NCBI GenBank assembly: GCA_013115125.1
Contig: JABANN010000232.1
Location: 1 to 49,259 of the forward strand
Length of the DNA stretch: 49,259 nt
DNA from: Perkinsus olseni
Taxonomy: Eukaryota
Direction of reading: 5' to 3'
The notes under the pieces were generated by a model. It searched no databases. It had not been told where the DNA came from and saw only the letters and a program-made list of their open reading frames with translations. This document shows positions 21,675 through 34,100 of the stretch, in pieces. Every line of letters starts with the position of its first letter. Position 1 is the stretch's first letter. The position numbers and the translations under genes are program-made.

Positions 21675-24290
21675 CACTGCGCTTCAATCTCTAACTCGGC
21701 TCCGCCTGTCACTGTCAAGCTCTCACGCAGGCCGAAAGGCGGTGCTCCCACCCCTAGAAGGCCTCTGATGATGCTGGGTATGGGTTCGCGTTTTTGCTCC
21801 GTCTATCAGTTTAAAAGCTGCCTTCCCCTGCATAGAAAAATCCTTCTCTCCGGGAGAGTGGGAAGAGGCAGATGGTTTGGTCAGCAGATCCGCTGCAACA
21901 ACATAGTCTGCTGGCAGCACCATCGCGGGCCAGATTGACGCTAGCCGTGACGAACAGCCTATTCGCTATCTACCAGTAAATGTATATATAGATAAACCCT
22001 GGCACCAACCTGCAGCATCGCACACGAGAGATATCTAGACTCTCCCTACGATTCGCTTATTTACTCTACACACAACGAGTTGTGCTCCGCACTCTTTTGT
22101 CACCTTCCCTGATTAGCCATTACGACTGCGGTTCCTTACGTACGGTCACCCATGCATTGCTCGAGTGGGGCTACCCAAACTGACCAGCTATCTAGTCGAC
22201 TGTCGTAACTGGCATGAACGGAAGCAACCCATCTCCACGGTAGGCCAGTAGCATAACCTCAGACTCTCCCCATTTGCATGATGTATGTACCGGAACCACA
22301 CGTCCGCGTCGCAACTCGCGCAGTTTACTGGTTATGGCAATTCATTTACCGCTTGATTTGAACACAAGGTTAGAAAGGTCGATGAAAGCCTGGTGTCGTA
22401 AGTAAACCCCTTCCATAGGTACAGGGCTCCAAGTTGAAATAGAATATTGCGTTTTTTTGGAATTTCTCTTCCAGTTTGACGTGTTTCGGGCTGAGACTTG
22501 GTAAGGTATGCTAATACATCCCCCTATAGATACTCTATGAGTTTCAGCTACCATCTCGCGGTGGTAGACGAGAACTGGGAAATTTGCTCGAAAAAGTTGC
22601 CAAATAGAAATAGAATATACACTGTAAATTTTACCCTGAAATCCACGTTTTTGCTAGAGAATCACGAGAAATAATGCGAATTTGATAATAAGCTGTACAC
22701 CAATCGAAAAGCCGCGTATTCAATACCTATACCTAGATGCTTCATGCAGAGAGTTGGAGAGAGATATAGAGAGATATAGATGCAGAGAGATAACGTGCGT
22801 AGCAGGTTGTGGCAGGAGGATCTGCCCGCTCCTGTTGGCCAGTGTTCTAGCTGCGAGATATCGATTGTTCGCTATATGTAAATCGACTCCGTTCGGCCTT
22901 ACTTGCTGCTTTAACTTTTTGACTGTGCGGCCCGTGCGTGCAAGCTAGACAGATAGACAGTATTCGGCGGGCGCGAGAGTGTTAAGCGCAGCTTGTATGT
23001 GTATGCGTCAAAGGATCGATTGCATTTAGAGTCTTTCGTGGATTCTTTTGTGGATTACAGTTGGCCCGTCTGCCAACTCGTCAGCAGCAGCTCAAGTATT
23101 ATCTGATATCTGTATTGCCTTTGGGATTGTGTTACCAGAGTCACTGGCATCGACTACCTATAGTATCAATCGACGACTCGATCACGACGTTGAAGATATC
23201 CGCCCACAAGGTATATGCACTATAGTGACAACTACCTTCATCGCTGCTACGTGCCCACCTTGCTCTATGTGCGTCTTCGCTCGTTACACGTACGTTCGTC
23301 AGAGCAAACACGTGCGTTCCTCGTCATGCTACGGATTATACGTTCACCCTTAATCCACAACTAGATCAGTTTTTCTGAACTCCTCTCGAGTCCGGTTTCG
23401 CCTTTCTCAGAACTTCGACCCAAATAGCCACACTGTACTGAGTTATAGTGCATATACTCGTACACGCAAGTACAAAGCACATTGATGGTCATCTGAGAAT
23501 AATGATACGAAGTAGCGTCCACTATAGGCGTCATATAGTATTACTATGAGGCTATGTACCGCTTTGGAGGGAGCGAAGCGAGCGGAGCATATACTACAAC
23601 AACAGGCATTCGCACGTTGTGCGTGCGCGCAGATAGTTTCTCGATAACTACCGAGTTCAACGGATAAGTTGAATTACCACACTTTGATGCATGAGCTTGA
23701 AGGGTACGACTCGAGGGGTCTATTCCAAGGGGTCGACGGTCATCGAAAGGGTGTCGTACCGCTATTGTATTTCTGTGCACCCAAAAACGCGGTGTGGGGG
23801 GATGGGCTAAATTGAGGCAGTGCACTTGTCGCGACTCAATCAACAACCTTGGCTTGTCGAATTTGGCAGCGACCGTTTCGTGTAGAACATACACTACACA
23901 ACGTTCCACACGCATGAATGCACGCACGCTGTATAACGCGGCTGCCGTTTAGATATTCGAGTCTAACAAGTCATCCTCGGCTATACACCGTTCGAAAGGG
24001 CACATTCTAAAACGTCTGTAAAAAGGAGAAAAACCTCAGGACCGAACTTCCAAGTTCAGAAGCAAATAACCAGAATTTTTGAATTCACGATGGCAGAAAA
24101 TTGGGGTTTATTATCATTCATTATTGCGGAATTATTTAGCAATATCAGACGTCTCTACGGCTTCATGAGCGCGACAGATCGAAAGTCCAGCGAGCACTCT
24201 TTCTCTAGAGAATATGACAATGCTGCCGAATGTGCCCATTGACGAATTAATTAGCCCAAAAATTCGTCATATTTCGGCGGTTCAGCTCCA

Positions 24291-24439
24291 AGTCCACCGT
24301 TGTTTCGTTGCGGAGAGGTTGGGACAACCATCCATCAGAATGGATCTGAGAAGCTCACGGGAACTTGCAGCCAGACGAAGAGCTGCTTGCATGAAGCTGC
24401 ACGGTTCAACGTTCCAACGTCCATATTAACTAACTCGAT
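24291..24439. repeat. 149-bp direct repeat, copy B (downstream of the sirtuin stop)
   Basis: Shares CGTTGCGGAGAGGTTGGGACAACCATCCATC and flanks with 21397-21545; both translate on the minus strand to IEL..MD.G.LNRA.SCKQ.FVW. Confidence 0.9.
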
Positions 24440-24591
24440 AATCAGTAAATGATGAGGTGTTGATGATGGAGTGGTACTACGAGCAGTGTAGTTGAGTAGA
24501 CACGTCCACTGTGTCGTTACGTTATTGTGCAGATGCCGTGAGCATCTAATAGACACAACTGAATCTTATCCTGTGGCCCCAGCCATCGCTA

Positions 24592-25665
24592 TCACAGCCT
24601 GGATGGCGTTAACCCACCCGACTCCTCGAGCATCTTTCTCAGCTCATCACTAGCAGAGTCAGTGTCCCTCTCGATGAAAATGTCCCGGTAGTTGTCTGCC
24701 CGACCAAACCGAAACATACCGTGAGGTGGTGCTGTCAGGTTGACCAACAGACGAGGAGTGGTCCTCGGCAGCAGGATAGGTATCTGGTTGCACGGTCCAA
24801 CCTGCAGGCTGGTCCCCATGACCACAAGTAGCGTCGCTTGGGACAGGTCCTCCTGGACGCAATCGAAAAATCGCTCCGGTAGGTTCTCGCCGAAGAAAAC
24901 AACATCGGGCTTCACCAGACCGTAGCAGGCAGCGCAGTGGACCGGCTTCTCAGAGCTCAGTAAGTCGTTCATCTCGCCACCGTACGGGCATCCACAATCA
25001 ATACACCGGGCCGAGCGCAGATGGCCGTGGGCCTGAACAGAGGCGCGTGAAATCATCTCACCAAGCCGTAGTCTTACCTGTACAACAAGCTCCTCGGGTA
25101 CGCCTGCATCGATCTCCAGACTGTCGATGTTCTGAGTGTAACACCGTAGCAAGGCGCCCTTCTCGGCCAGCCAAGCAATGAACCTGTGGGCTGCAGTTGG
25201 CTCGTGAGCCCCCCTACCAAGTTTGGCCTCATGACACAGCCTGTAGAAGGGATACGGGTCATGTCTGAAGTAGTGGATCGAGAAGAGGTCTTCAGGGGCT
25301 CGAAGGCTATTCGTGTACTGCTTGACGTTGGCGTAAATTCCCGTATTGGGAGAGCGGAAGTCGGGGATCCCGGCGCTCACCGAGATGCCAGCCCCGACCA
25401 GGACCACCACCCGTTTCCAATACCTGCTGGGGTCCGAGCAGAGTGTCTCTAGGCTAACACCATTATCTGAAGACAAGGGCAAGATGCAGCAGGAGGAACC
25501 GGGATGGATGGCGGTAAGTTTACCTCCGAAGACGTCCTTGAACCGTTGTGGCAGATTGGTCGGGCTGGATTCTGAAGCGGTGCTGAACACAATCGACTCG
25601 GACTCAGCATCAGAGTCAGTATCACTGAGGGAGGCGCTGCGTTGGGACAAAGGGGAGGAAGACAT
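24592..25665 (-). CDS. SIR2: NAD-dependent deacetylase, class I sirtuin (SIRT2/Hst2-like)
   Basis: GAGISVSAGIPDFRS, YTQNIDSLE, QAHGH, CIDC...CAAC zinc ribbon, KPDVVFFGE, GTSLQV. One in-frame 45-nt intron at 25033-25077. ATG at 25665. Confidence 0.95.
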   Translation of the reverse strand: MSSSPLSQRSASLSDTDSDAESESIVFSTASESSPTNLPQRFKDVFGGKLTAIHPGSSCCILPLSSDNGVSLETLCSDPSRYWKRVVVLVGAGISVSAGIPDFRSPNTGIYANVKQYTNSLRAPEDLFSIHYFRHDPYPFYRLCHEAKLGRGAHEPTAAHRFIAWLAEKGALLRCYTQNIDSLEIDAGVPEELVVQVRLRLGEMISRASVQAHGHLRSARCIDCGCPYGGEMNDLLSSEKPVHCAACYGLVKPDVVFFGENLPERFFDCVQEDLSQATLLVVMGTSLQVGPCNQIPILLPRTTPRLLVNLTAPPHGMFRFGRADNYRDIFIERDTDSASDELRKMLEESGGLTPSRL

Positions 25666-25809
25666 TAAAGAGAGGAAATGGGGTATGTTAAACTCAGAAG
25701 ACAAGTCCTCCCGACATCGGTTGGGGTGAACGCAGTATGTGCAACCATGCCATATAAGCATACTTGTTGCTCATAAACGGTTGATTTACGGGCGGTGAAA
25801 AAACTCTCT

Positions 25810-26812
25810 TCAGTCGCCGGGAGGAGACGTGCACATCCTTCTCTTAGAATTGCGGTGAACGTCCGACTGCTCAGCTGCATGCGATGAGGGTCTGGAGGAG
25901 TCCATGGGCTCGAAGGGGGTCGCCTTGCCCACAAGGTTACGGGCTGCAAGAACAAGACGAGGTCGCACTATGAATGATACCGAAGGTATGGTATGAGACC
26001 TTCCCCTCTCACCAGCACGGGAGCTGTACGCGTATTTATCGCTGAGCACTTGGCCGTCCTCGAGTATTCTAACTTCTACACGACCATCCTCCGTACATCG
26101 CACATCATGGACACGCTGGACGCACCTCGGGCCGCTCTGGAAAGGAAACCATGATCTTGTCAGCGAAGGCGGACAGCACTGACCTCCCACTTCCCGGGAA
26201 TAGGGCGTCGGGTCTTCGGATCGAAGGTGACGGGCCGAGACAGTCGTGTACCATCTCGTAGATCGATCTTATACTTATGCCAAGGGCAGCTGAGGCACGG
26301 GATCCCGTCAATCTGAAAAGGGCGGCATGAAGCGGTGGCGAGGGCTGAGCGGAGCCTTGCAAGGCACCGGACGACCGACATACGATAATACGCACCTCCT
26401 CGATATCTCCGCTGGTCAGTGGCCCACCCATGTGGTAGCATATAGAATCTAGACAGTAGATGGATGGTGACTCGGATGAAGAGGCCTGTGGCCGAGAGTC
26501 GAAGAACAGTGATATGTAACGACCATCAATCTGAAACCGGTAGGGGAACTCAGCGCCAGGTGTTGCCGCTGCCATCCACAGCTGGGTTCAGCATCAATGG
26601 CTGTGGAGTAGCCTGAGCATTCAAGCAATCCTCCTTGAGCTCACCTGGGTATGAAGCCGCCGCTGCCTCTTCAGCTTTGCAAGAGTGCATACCGTATGCC
26701 ATCGAGATTCCTCTGTCCTAGGCCGGCCTCCCCCGCCAGCGGTGATCTCACCCGAGCTCTGAACCTCTGGATCCAAGCTGTCCGTAATTTTAGAGGAAGA
26801 GGAACCACTCAT
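25810..26812 (-). CDS. Soluble Rieske [2Fe-2S] domain protein (RFESD-like), multi-exon
   Basis: CYHMGGPL and CPWH ligand motifs on adjacent exons, plus the downstream QRVHDV motif. First intron 26531-26644. Confidence 0.85.
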
Positions 26813-26982
26813 AGAAAGTGAGAGAAACTACGCACGACACGGTGAAGCAAGGACTGATTTTACCGCGGAATCACATCCAGAAGCGCCAACCATCGGACGA
26901 TCAGGACGGCGGCCTGCGAATCTCCAATATTGGACAAGTCCCAACACCAAGGCGTGTCACAAGAATGAGCAGAAACGGTAAT

Positions 26983-27908
26983 TTAGTTCACAAGGGGTTG
27001 ATCAGAACGCCTTCCTGTTGGTCGAGTAGCGGACCCCAGCTGCCCTCTGCTGCGCCCTGTACGCCTCCAATCGAGCCTTCTGCGCGGCATCTTCCTGTGC
27101 CTTGATCTGCTTCTGCTTCTCACGCTTCCCTGAGACACTCCATCCAACCCATCCACTCTCGAGCCATCCAACTCACGTTTATTCTTGGCCGCTTTCCGCT
27201 CATCAGCCACGGTCTGGGCATCTTTGGCCCGCTGATGTCGCCGGGCAGCTACCGTGTAGAAGGCGGCATCCTCGGCCCCAGCGGCAGCAACAGGAGAGTC
27301 AGGATACATTTCAGGTTCGGCAACCTAAGCGAGCACCCTCTGTAGAGAATTGTCAACAGAAATTGCTCGCAACGACCGCCCTCTCTGCGAGTCTAGAATC
27401 CTTCGCCTGTGGAGAGAACGCTCACCTTCCGTTCCCGCTGTTTCTTCTCAACAGCCGCCCACTCCTCATCGTCTTCAGAGTCCGAGAGTTCCTGCGTCGG
27501 TGGGGCCACATCCACTCGCTCAGGCAGAGGCTCTTCCTCCTTAGGCGGCAAGGGGGCGTTGGGGTCTTCTTCTGGATTGATGTGCTTCACGGCCTTCGCC
27601 CTGAGGAGACCAGCGTGCGAACGTTTCAAACTCCCAACGCAGTCCACTTCGGTTTTTTCTGCGGCTGTTTGTCTGCGTGTGGCGGTTTGGCCCGTGCGTC
27701 CTGTGCAGGGGCTTCCTCATGCTTGCCCTTCTTAGCCTTGGCTTTCTTCGACCGCGTCCGGTGGCTACCCTTATCCGAGGGGGCGTCCGCTTCCGTGCTA
27801 GGCTCTGAGGTCAGACTGTTGCCGCGATGCAATGATCGGAAGGAACGGTACGGCCGCGATCAGCAAGCAGGATCAAATGGTATCAGAGCAACTTACTCTC
27901 TCCACCAT
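26983..27908 (-). CDS. Hypothetical Lys/Arg- and acid-rich low-complexity protein, about 4 exons
   Basis: ORF pieces KKAKAKKGKH, ELSDSEDDEEW and RSRSRSRHRK can be joined through GT-AG introns. No domain recognised. Confidence 0.55.
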
Positions 27909-28185
27909 TGACATAGACCAGGTAGGCTACATACCCTGCACCCGCTGCTAGGGCCCATGATAGTGCTGATGAGATAAACCAATGCATCGTAGGTCGAGAT
28001 GGAGTAGATACTGATGGAAAAACCAACAAAACAACGCTGAAGCAGGGCAGCGAATGGGAGCATCAGCACCGCATGTGTGAGATGGGTCCTTCAACGAGAC
28101 AATTCCTCGAGCGGAGGCGAAGGAATGAAACACATCGAGGCAAATGGCAGTGTGCATGGTAAAGCATGGCGGTGTCTTGGGAACA

Positions 28186-31100
28186 TCAGCGATACTCGGC
28201 AACACAGCTGCTGGTAGGCCCATCACAGCGCTGGCCGTAAGGGCAGTCGTCATCGACCTTACAACAGCCACCATTCTCAGAGCAATGAATAGAGCAGCTC
28301 GGACCTGAGGGAGCAAAGATCTACCGATGTTCTACCTAGCGGGCCTACTACCACTATAACCCGGTATACAGGTACAACTGCCCGTCTGTGTTAGGCCGTC
28401 CACGCTGATATTGCGAACACAGACGCCTTGGCCGGAGCATGGAACCTAGACCGGCAGGTCGGTGAGAGAGCCGAGAGGAAACACCGCTACGAGACCGTAG
28501 ATGGAGGTGGAAGGGCGGTAAGGCAAGCAGCCTTAAAGATGTATACAGGGTACATGATCGAAATACAGATGGAATGGAGTATGAACAAGGAACTAGTGCT
28601 AGATCTTATGATAGGTTGATGGTATATATCATTAGATTTAACGACGCTAGAGCGCACCGAGCAACCTGAACTCACCTGAACTGAAGGTAAGAATCGTGAT
28701 GGGCCGCTAGGGCAGACTCTGTGACCACAATGACACGCTCTCTCTGGCTTCCCAAAATGGCTCTCGTAAAGCCCCAGGACCTCTTCGGCTAACAGGGCTC
28801 CTCTGATCAGAGTCACTGAGTGAATGGCCCCCGAGAAGAAGTTGTTATGGGAGTCATCATGAAGGCCAGCAATGCCTTCCAGTAGCGTACCAGTGAAGTT
28901 GGATGCCGTTGACAGGTTAACGTACCTGAGACCTGACCGAAACAGGCACGAAAGGTAAGGCGACCATACGCAGTCGAGCGGACTCCCATGACAAGTCGGG
29001 AATTATTGTTCCATGCTGATGAGCTGATCGCAGAGCCGTTATAGGAGCTGCCGTATTGCTGGCCATTACGATAGAGGGTTATAGTGTTACCACCGAATAC
29101 CGCAACTACGTGAACCTAAACAAGCGATCGGCAGCCCGTGACCTCAATGCCTAGCTACAAGCTGTGTGGTGTTCTCCGGCTTCCCCACGACATCACGGCT
29201 CCTGATGTCCCCTTCGGATGTTATGGACCAACCTCTCGGCTGCAGTAGACCGTAGGTGATTGTGTCGTACCTGTTATGTGCTTTCCTCTACCAGGTAGAG
29301 GTCATAGGGAAGGGAGGGGTGAGGGGCCTCACCGTAGACCACAGGCCGAGCCGTAGCAGTCTTCAATCCCAAAGACACCGCCGCCACCAGCATGCTCGAG
29401 CAAGGTGAATTCCTTGATGGCGATGACCTCCAACCGAGAGGTGGGGTCCTCGTACCGATCCGGGTGCCACATACGGTCACGAGCCCCGGAAAGCTCCATC
29501 CGAATGCAACGGGCTTGGAAGTGGACTGTCGTTGGCACGAAAAAGACGTAACTGACACATTCTCATCAGTGGCGACCTTCCGCAGTTCAGGCAGCCGCCC
29601 GACGTCATCTGAGTATCGTATGTCCCAGCAGGACACGACTGGCCCATTGACGTGGAGAAGGACCTCCAGGGCCCATCCAGTAGCAACAGGCAGCACTCAC
29701 TCTCCATTATCCCTGATGGACTCGACCAACGTATATGAGACACAGTCCACGCTCTGATATAGTTGGATACTCATAGCACGGTATAGGAACTCTACGTAGA
29801 CCCCAGCTAGGTTAAAGAGCTCAGAGAAGGTCACCTGAGAAGCCACCTAGATGACACGGAGTTACCAACAGCGCGGTAGACATTCTACAAGGACCGTGTG
29901 AAGACTTCACAAATGCTAAGCAGACGATACTGGCGAGTACCGTGAAGGTGGCCGTGTCTACGCCTTGTCGCGTGCTCCAGTATGTCTCTCGACTACCATC
30001 TAATGCAGCAGTGGATGGGAAGGACCAAACCCCTGTCGGAGCCGCACTGTAATGCCGCCGCGCAAGATTCTGAATAGGACAGTCTTCACAGACACTAGCG
30101 TGCTGTGCTGTGGCACCGTTCCACCTGATCCAGTCGGACGAGAAGGTTCCTGATTGACATGCCTATCTTATTGGGCTCATTGGCCGTGTCATCAAAGGCC
30201 CGGACGAAGGAGATTCGGAGATACCGCATGTTGACAAAGCCGGTAAATTGCTCGAGCTTCTCATCGAAGTTCACTGGACCGATCAAGGGGATATCTGAGG
30301 CCGCCAGATCGTACCACATCATTCCCATCTCGCAGCGCCCGACCTACCCGACCACGTGACTGAGTCCTCTGAAATCTCGAATCGCCTATCGCCAAGGGAT
30401 GAAGGTTGCATACCCCACAGACATTGAACCATATCCACAGGATACACAGCCTGCAGGTCCAGAGTTATTGTGCCTGGGTCCTGTGGCGGGCCAGGGGCCG
30501 CCATCCACATCGTAAGGTTGTTGGTAGATATCGCATTGGCAGCATCTAGCATGTAATGACAGGCTCTGCTCGAAGTGGCAGAAAGGGACTGCTAGACGGA
30601 CGGAGGTGACTAACCTCAGACACTTCCGCCAAGGCCCAGTCAAGCGGGGAACACAGGCCAGCACGCTAGTAGCGCGACGCTACCCGTAGTGAATAGATCG
30701 GCGGCTTCGGCAGACGTCCCGAGGGGCTGCTGGGTGTCCTCAGCCCTCCACACCTCGATCTCTGCTATACGGAACTGTGTCACCACAGGATCCACATTCT
30801 CGTACATCCACACTCGGATACGCCTGGCTGGACGCAAGAGCAGTACCTTCAGGAGCCATCGCCGCCGAAGCCATGGCTTTTGCTTCTCACTTCATTGATG
30901 GCTTCTGTGTTATCAGCGTAAGCCATCACCTGCGTGTATACGCCGCTACGGTCCTCTAGCTCAACCATGAACCGCTTGCATATGTTCACCGAGTTCCAAC
31001 TGAAAGCAAGCTCATACATGGCGAGCCCGCGAGAGGCAATGCTCGCTGATTTCCCTCGCTTGATCGTGCAGCGCGTCGGCATCACATTATGCGTATCTTT

Positions 31101-34100
31101 CCGACTAATGTCTCGGTTGAGGTCGAGCTAGATACTTGAGCCTGGATCCACGTCTCCGATGATCCAGTGTTGACCGAAAACTTCCTGGAAGGGGATGGAG
31201 AGAGTGCCTCAACAAGCTGTCAAGCGACCCCTACGATGTGCTGAGGCCGTCGAAGGCATACTGGGGGTGTTCCGTGTAGTCGGAGGCTTCAAAGCCGCCG
31301 AAGCAACAGCCACTCCAACACGTGTTGGAAGTGCACTTAGTAACGGGCGTGTAGACTGTGAGTCTACGAAGCGCTGACACGGAGCACGCCTAATGCGGTC
31401 GGCGGGGTTGTCGGAAGCCTACCAGTTAGGGGGACGGATTGATAGTTGTTAGGAGCATCGATGGCCACACGGAATTTATCGCTGATGAACCCTTTCCGTA
31501 GGTAGATGCTCTGCTGGGTGCTGCTGATGGTGATAGCAGAGAAGAATTCCTGGCAGTGCGGGTGTAAAATGAGAAGCATGGAACGCTTCGCTCCGCTCGT
31601 GACCACCAAGTGACGGTAAACTCACTGTCCAGTTCCAACGAGCCTGTGATAGATCCCAATGGGAGACGGAGAAGTCACGTGGTGCAGCCAGCCACAAGAA
31701 GTGTATCCCGGAAACTTCAACAGACGACCCCGACGCGGCCATCTCGAAGGTGGCAGATGGCGAGGCTTCCGCTCCAGGGTTTGGTATCCAGAAGGTCTAA
31801 GGAGGCCCGTGCATGCTAAGAGGCTTTGGGAAGCCTTCTCTGGCACAGTGGGCAACCGGAGAGACTCAGATTCGGCGATCGAGTACCAAACAGCACAGCA
31901 TGCGAGTAGAAGCTCACAGAATCCAGGTCATCCAGAGCCTTGTCAGGGGCAAAGTCCGTGGCAGCAGCCTGAGTTTCGGACGAGATGCTCTTTCCCAACT
32001 GCAGCTGTGTATCAAAAGTAACGTCCACGCTATAGAGGCTATACAGCTTAGGCTGCCAGTGGCCGTCAGCCTAACAAGACGGAGAGCTCTCTGCGAGCGA
32101 CGCCTACGGGACGGCGCTACCGCTGAGAGATCGTAGGCTCTCCGGGTCATCGAAATCTTCAGGTAGTTGGCATTGAAGTACTCGCTGACGGAAACGGTCT
32201 TAGCGGTGTTGTCCCGGTATTGGGTCAACAGAGCCCAAGCGGTGCTGTCCAGAGAGCGGTAGATGTCGAAGTCCAGTGGCTCGTCACGGAACTGAGTAAG
32301 GAAAATGACCGGCCAGTGTATGGTTGGAGGTAACCCCCTCGTCGACAGGCTGGAATCGATAGAAACATAAGTTACCACTGCTATCATTCATTCTATAGGG
32401 CTGGTCAAGTGGCAGGCAATATAGCAGTAATGCTCGCAGTGAACGGTACGCAGTCTGCGTAACGCAGATACGGTATCGCGTCCGTAGCTAGGCACTAGCC
32501 CTATCCGAGCTTACCTTAAGAATGACCTGCGATACAAAGTAGGGATGGAGGACCTTCGCTGTGGCTATGTCCCTCAGAGTGATAATGAGCTCCACTTCAT
32601 TAGCGTCCACCTCGCTAGCCCAGAAGGTAGATTCGACCCTAGGTGGAAGGACTCGATCCGCAGACTCCTAGCACCGGCCGCCCACCCGTCAACGGCCTTC
32701 GAAGCCGAGTGGTCCCAGTAGGTGTTGGCGCTAGCTGTTGCTCCGAGACTTGTCAGAGCTAGATTGCTAGATTGATAGACCTCAAAGGACTCGAGCCTAT
32801 ATTCCGTTGAGAACGTGTCTGAAATAACAGCGACCACTGATCCAACAGTGAGCTTCAGCGAAAGTCGAGGATAGCCGCGAGGGCATAGAAGGACAGTCTC
32901 CCCCTTACCCTCAGCTAGCTCGGCTGGGAGCCTCAGAGTGAACATGAGGTGTAAGGCCGGGCGCACGGCGAACTTCGCGACCAGGGTGCTATCCCGATTG
33001 ACGTCTGTCGTGTAGGCGGTAAGGGAGCTCCAATCACAGCCGGTCACATTAGCTTCGGTACACACTCCTACAGTGTACCCCCTGGGGAAGGAGGAAGGCT
33101 CGAAGACAGCTCTGATGCCCCAGACGCTCTGGACACTGGCCAGAGTGACTTGTAAATAATGGACTCCATCGGCATTCACTGTGCTCGCGGCTGTGGCAGC
33201 AACGCCGTCAAGAGCGTATTGAGCTCCAATAAGGGAGCTATCGTAGGTCGCTAGGAAGGCAGCATCAGCCCGCTTCACTTCAAGCTCTGCGATCCTGACC
33301 AAACCGTCGGGCGGCCCAGCTTGAAAGGTAACCCTGATGCACCGCAAACAACCGAGAGATATAGATAGATACACACCCTCGGCTGACGGGAACGTTGGTG
33401 CCTGCATGTGACCGTCAGATCGATCCAGATACGCGAAGCTCCGAGCAGCGAACCGCGGCCACTGACCATCAGCATCGTCAGTCCTACCTGGTTAGTGTTG
33501 CCAGGTCCGTACCTCTCCCCAGGATCGGAGTAGTCTGCGCAGTCTGGGCTACCCTGTATAGTAAGCTCCGTGGCTGTGTAGGCCGGTGCCCCGAACCATA
33601 GGGTGACCTTAGATATGTCCACGCAGGAGCCGAGGTCCAGAGTATAAGTAGGGTTGGAGGATGCTGGCGTAACCGTGTACCAGTACCTAAACTTCAGTGC
33701 AAGAGGCTCCGCTGAAAGCGAGTTATAGCGAGGATACGACCGATCTGCGCCAGCCTCGCCCGAGATACTCACGTATCAAAGTCGCCATCGACCGCAAGAG
33801 CTGGGTCCGCAGAGGGTGAAGTTATCTGGGACGTCAAGGGAGTGCTCCTCATCGCTATATTGTCGAACGCCGAATACGCTTCCACTGCAGCGAGGCCCAT
33901 GATCTGAGGATGCAGGCACTTCAATCGCCTCAGGCTCCGTTCCTCACACGATTAACGTAAATTATGGTATTGCGTTTCTCGAATTAATAACCCCGCTGAC
34001 GAGCGCGAAGTGATATAGCTGCTCTACCCAGTCATCCCCCGCTCGATCCATCATGCTGTCCCTCATCAACGTTACTCTCAGTAAACGACGATAGTACGTG

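Noticed and set aside
26610-26644. GGAGGATTGCTTGA similarity to SRP/7SL RNA
   Set aside because: The match is short, the intron is too small, and there is no helix 8 motif.
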